Below are positions 62,738 through 64,000 of a stretch of DNA of 64,000 nucleotides, in pieces; the stretch's first letter is position 1; the number at the start of each line of letters is the position of its first letter. The notes under the pieces are model-generated. The model was not told the origin of the DNA and made no database searches. It worked only from the letters and a program-made list of their open reading frames with translations. The DNA comes from an uncultured Mycobacterium sp. (GTDB lineage Bacteria; Actinomycetota; Actinomycetes; Mycobacteriales; Mycobacteriaceae), in NCBI GenBank assembly GCA_964535335.1, contig CAZHUU010000001.1, positions 6,563 to 70,562 on the forward strand. Reading direction: 5' to 3'. The position numbers and the translations under genes were made by a program.

Positions 62738-63274
62738 ATGGGGCACAAGTACACGCGTGAACAGATCCTCGATGGGGCAGTTGAGCTCGTCCTGGCGGAC
62801 GGCCTCGGCGCTTTGACCTTCGGTCGGCTGGCCAAACGGATGGGGACCAGCGACCGCGTGGTCGTGTACTACTTCCCGAACAAGTCAACGCTGACCGGTG
62901 AGGTTCTGCTGGACATCGGGAATCGGCTTCAGGGCGCGCTGGCGAGGGCCTTCACCGAACCTGCGACCGATCATCGCCAGCTTGCCCGGGCCGCCTACCG
63001 GGTACTGGCCCGCGACGACACCGACGCCATCTTCGCGGTCTACTTCGAAGCCTGTGGCCTGGCGGCGGCGGGTGCGCAGCCGTATCGAGACCTCGCCGCC
63101 GCGCTTCTCGACGGCTGGGTCGACTGGCTCTCCGGCTTCTTCCGCGGCACCGTGAAACACCGGCGCGCCGAGGCCGAGGCAACCCTGGTGCTGATCGACG
63201 GCGTCCTGTTGATGCGTCAGCTCGCCGGCCCGCAGGCGGCCGACCGGGCAGCGAAGGCACTCGGCGTCATGTGA
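62738..63274 (+). CDS. TetR/AcrR regulator
   Basis: LTFGRLAKRMGTSDRVVVYYFPNK HTH. Confidence 0.9.
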   Translation: MGHKYTREQILDGAVELVLADGLGALTFGRLAKRMGTSDRVVVYYFPNKSTLTGEVLLDIGNRLQGALARAFTEPATDHRQLARAAYRVLARDDTDAIFAVYFEACGLAAAGAQPYRDLAAALLDGWVDWLSGFFRGTVKHRRAEAEATLVLIDGVLLMRQLAGPQAADRAAKALGVM

Positions 63275-63319
63275 GGCGTTTCAGTCCTCGGCCCCGCCCG
63301 GTTCGACACAATGTGACCG

Positions 63320-64000
63320 ATGAACGTCACCGGATCCGTCTCGGGTCTTCGCAGGGTCGTCGCCGCGTCGATGGCCGGAACCGTCGTGGAGTGGTACGAG
63401 TTCTTCCTATACGGCACCGCCGCCACGCTGGTCTTCAACAAGGTGTTCTTCGCGAAGGGCACAAGCGATCTCGATGCCATCCTCGCGGCGTTCGTGACCT
63501 ACGCCGTCGGGTTCGCCGCCCGCCCGCTCGGCGGCGTGGTCTTCGGGCACTTCGGTGACAAGTACGGGCGTAAGAAGCTGTTGCAGTTCTCCATCCTGCT
63601 TGTCGGGGCCGCGACCTTCCTGATGGGCTGTCTGCCCACCTTCGCGCAGATCGGCTACTGGGCGCCGGCCCTGCTGGTCGTGCTGCGCTTCATCCAGGGC
63701 TTCGCGGTGGGCGGGGAATGGGGCGGCGCGGTTCTCCTGGTGGCCGAACACAGCCCCGATCGGGAGCGTGGCTTCTGGGCCAGCTGGCCCCAGGCCGGGG
63801 TGCCCGTCGGCAACATGCTGGCCACCGTTGTCCTGCTGACGCTGACCAGCACCCTGACCGAATCCGCGTTCCTGTCCTGGGGCTGGCGGGTGGCGTTCTG
63901 GCTGTCGGCTGTGGTGGTGCTCGTCGGCTACTACATCCGTACCAAGGTCAGCGACGCCCCGATCTTCGTCGAGGCGCAGCGCGAGGCCGAACAGCTGCGG
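63320..64000 (+). CDS. MFS metabolite:H+ symporter (ShiA-like), truncated by the window end
   Basis: Manual translation [51 protein letters not shown]; absent from the ORF track because there is no stop in the window. Confidence 0.92.
   Translation, partial: MNVTGSVSGLRRVVAASMAGTVVEWYEFFLYGTAATLVFNKVFFAKGTSDLDAILAAFVTYAVGFAARPLGGVVFGHFGDKYGRKKLLQFSILLVGAATFLMGCLPTFAQIGYWAPALLVVLRFIQGFAVGGEWGGAVLLVAEHSPDRERGFWASWPQAGVPVGNMLATVVLLTLTSTLTESAFLSWGWRVAFWLSAVVVLVGYYIRTKVSDAPIFVEAQREAEQLR

Overview
High-GC actinobacterial chromosome, almost certainly a rapidly growing Mycobacterium/Mycolicibacterium: most ORFs match M. tuberculosis (Mtb) Rv orthologues in recognisable order. From left to right: (i) 1-9.6 kb, the mel2 / Rv1936-Rv1941 operon placed directly beside its repressor mce3R, which faces a GAF-LuxR gene instead of the mce3 operon; (ii) 9.7-14.9 kb, an XRE-cupin-regulated ALDH / glutaryl-CoA dehydrogenase / GabD operon; (iii) 14.9-20.5 kb, an uncharacterised aromatic catabolic module (MhpA-like hydroxylase, TetR, FAH hydrolase, VOC ring-cleavage dioxygenase, P450) tied together by a duplicated 41-bp promoter/operator; (iv) 20.5-36.8 kb, the Rv0269c-Rv0294 block, lacking the ESX-3 locus and retaining only a scar of the Rv0273c TetR; (v) 36.8-61.5 kb, an inverted Rv3589-Rv3567c block (mutY, canB, disA, radA, carD, ispDF, cysS, rlmB, Zur-regulated Zn ABC transporter, kstR, fadE34, kshB, hsaA/C/B) in which hsaD is reduced to a 101-bp deletion scar; (vi) small accessory genes and a truncated MFS transporter. 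No rRNA, tRNA, CRISPR array or transposase was seen. Orthology and reference sequences are recalled from memory, not searched.
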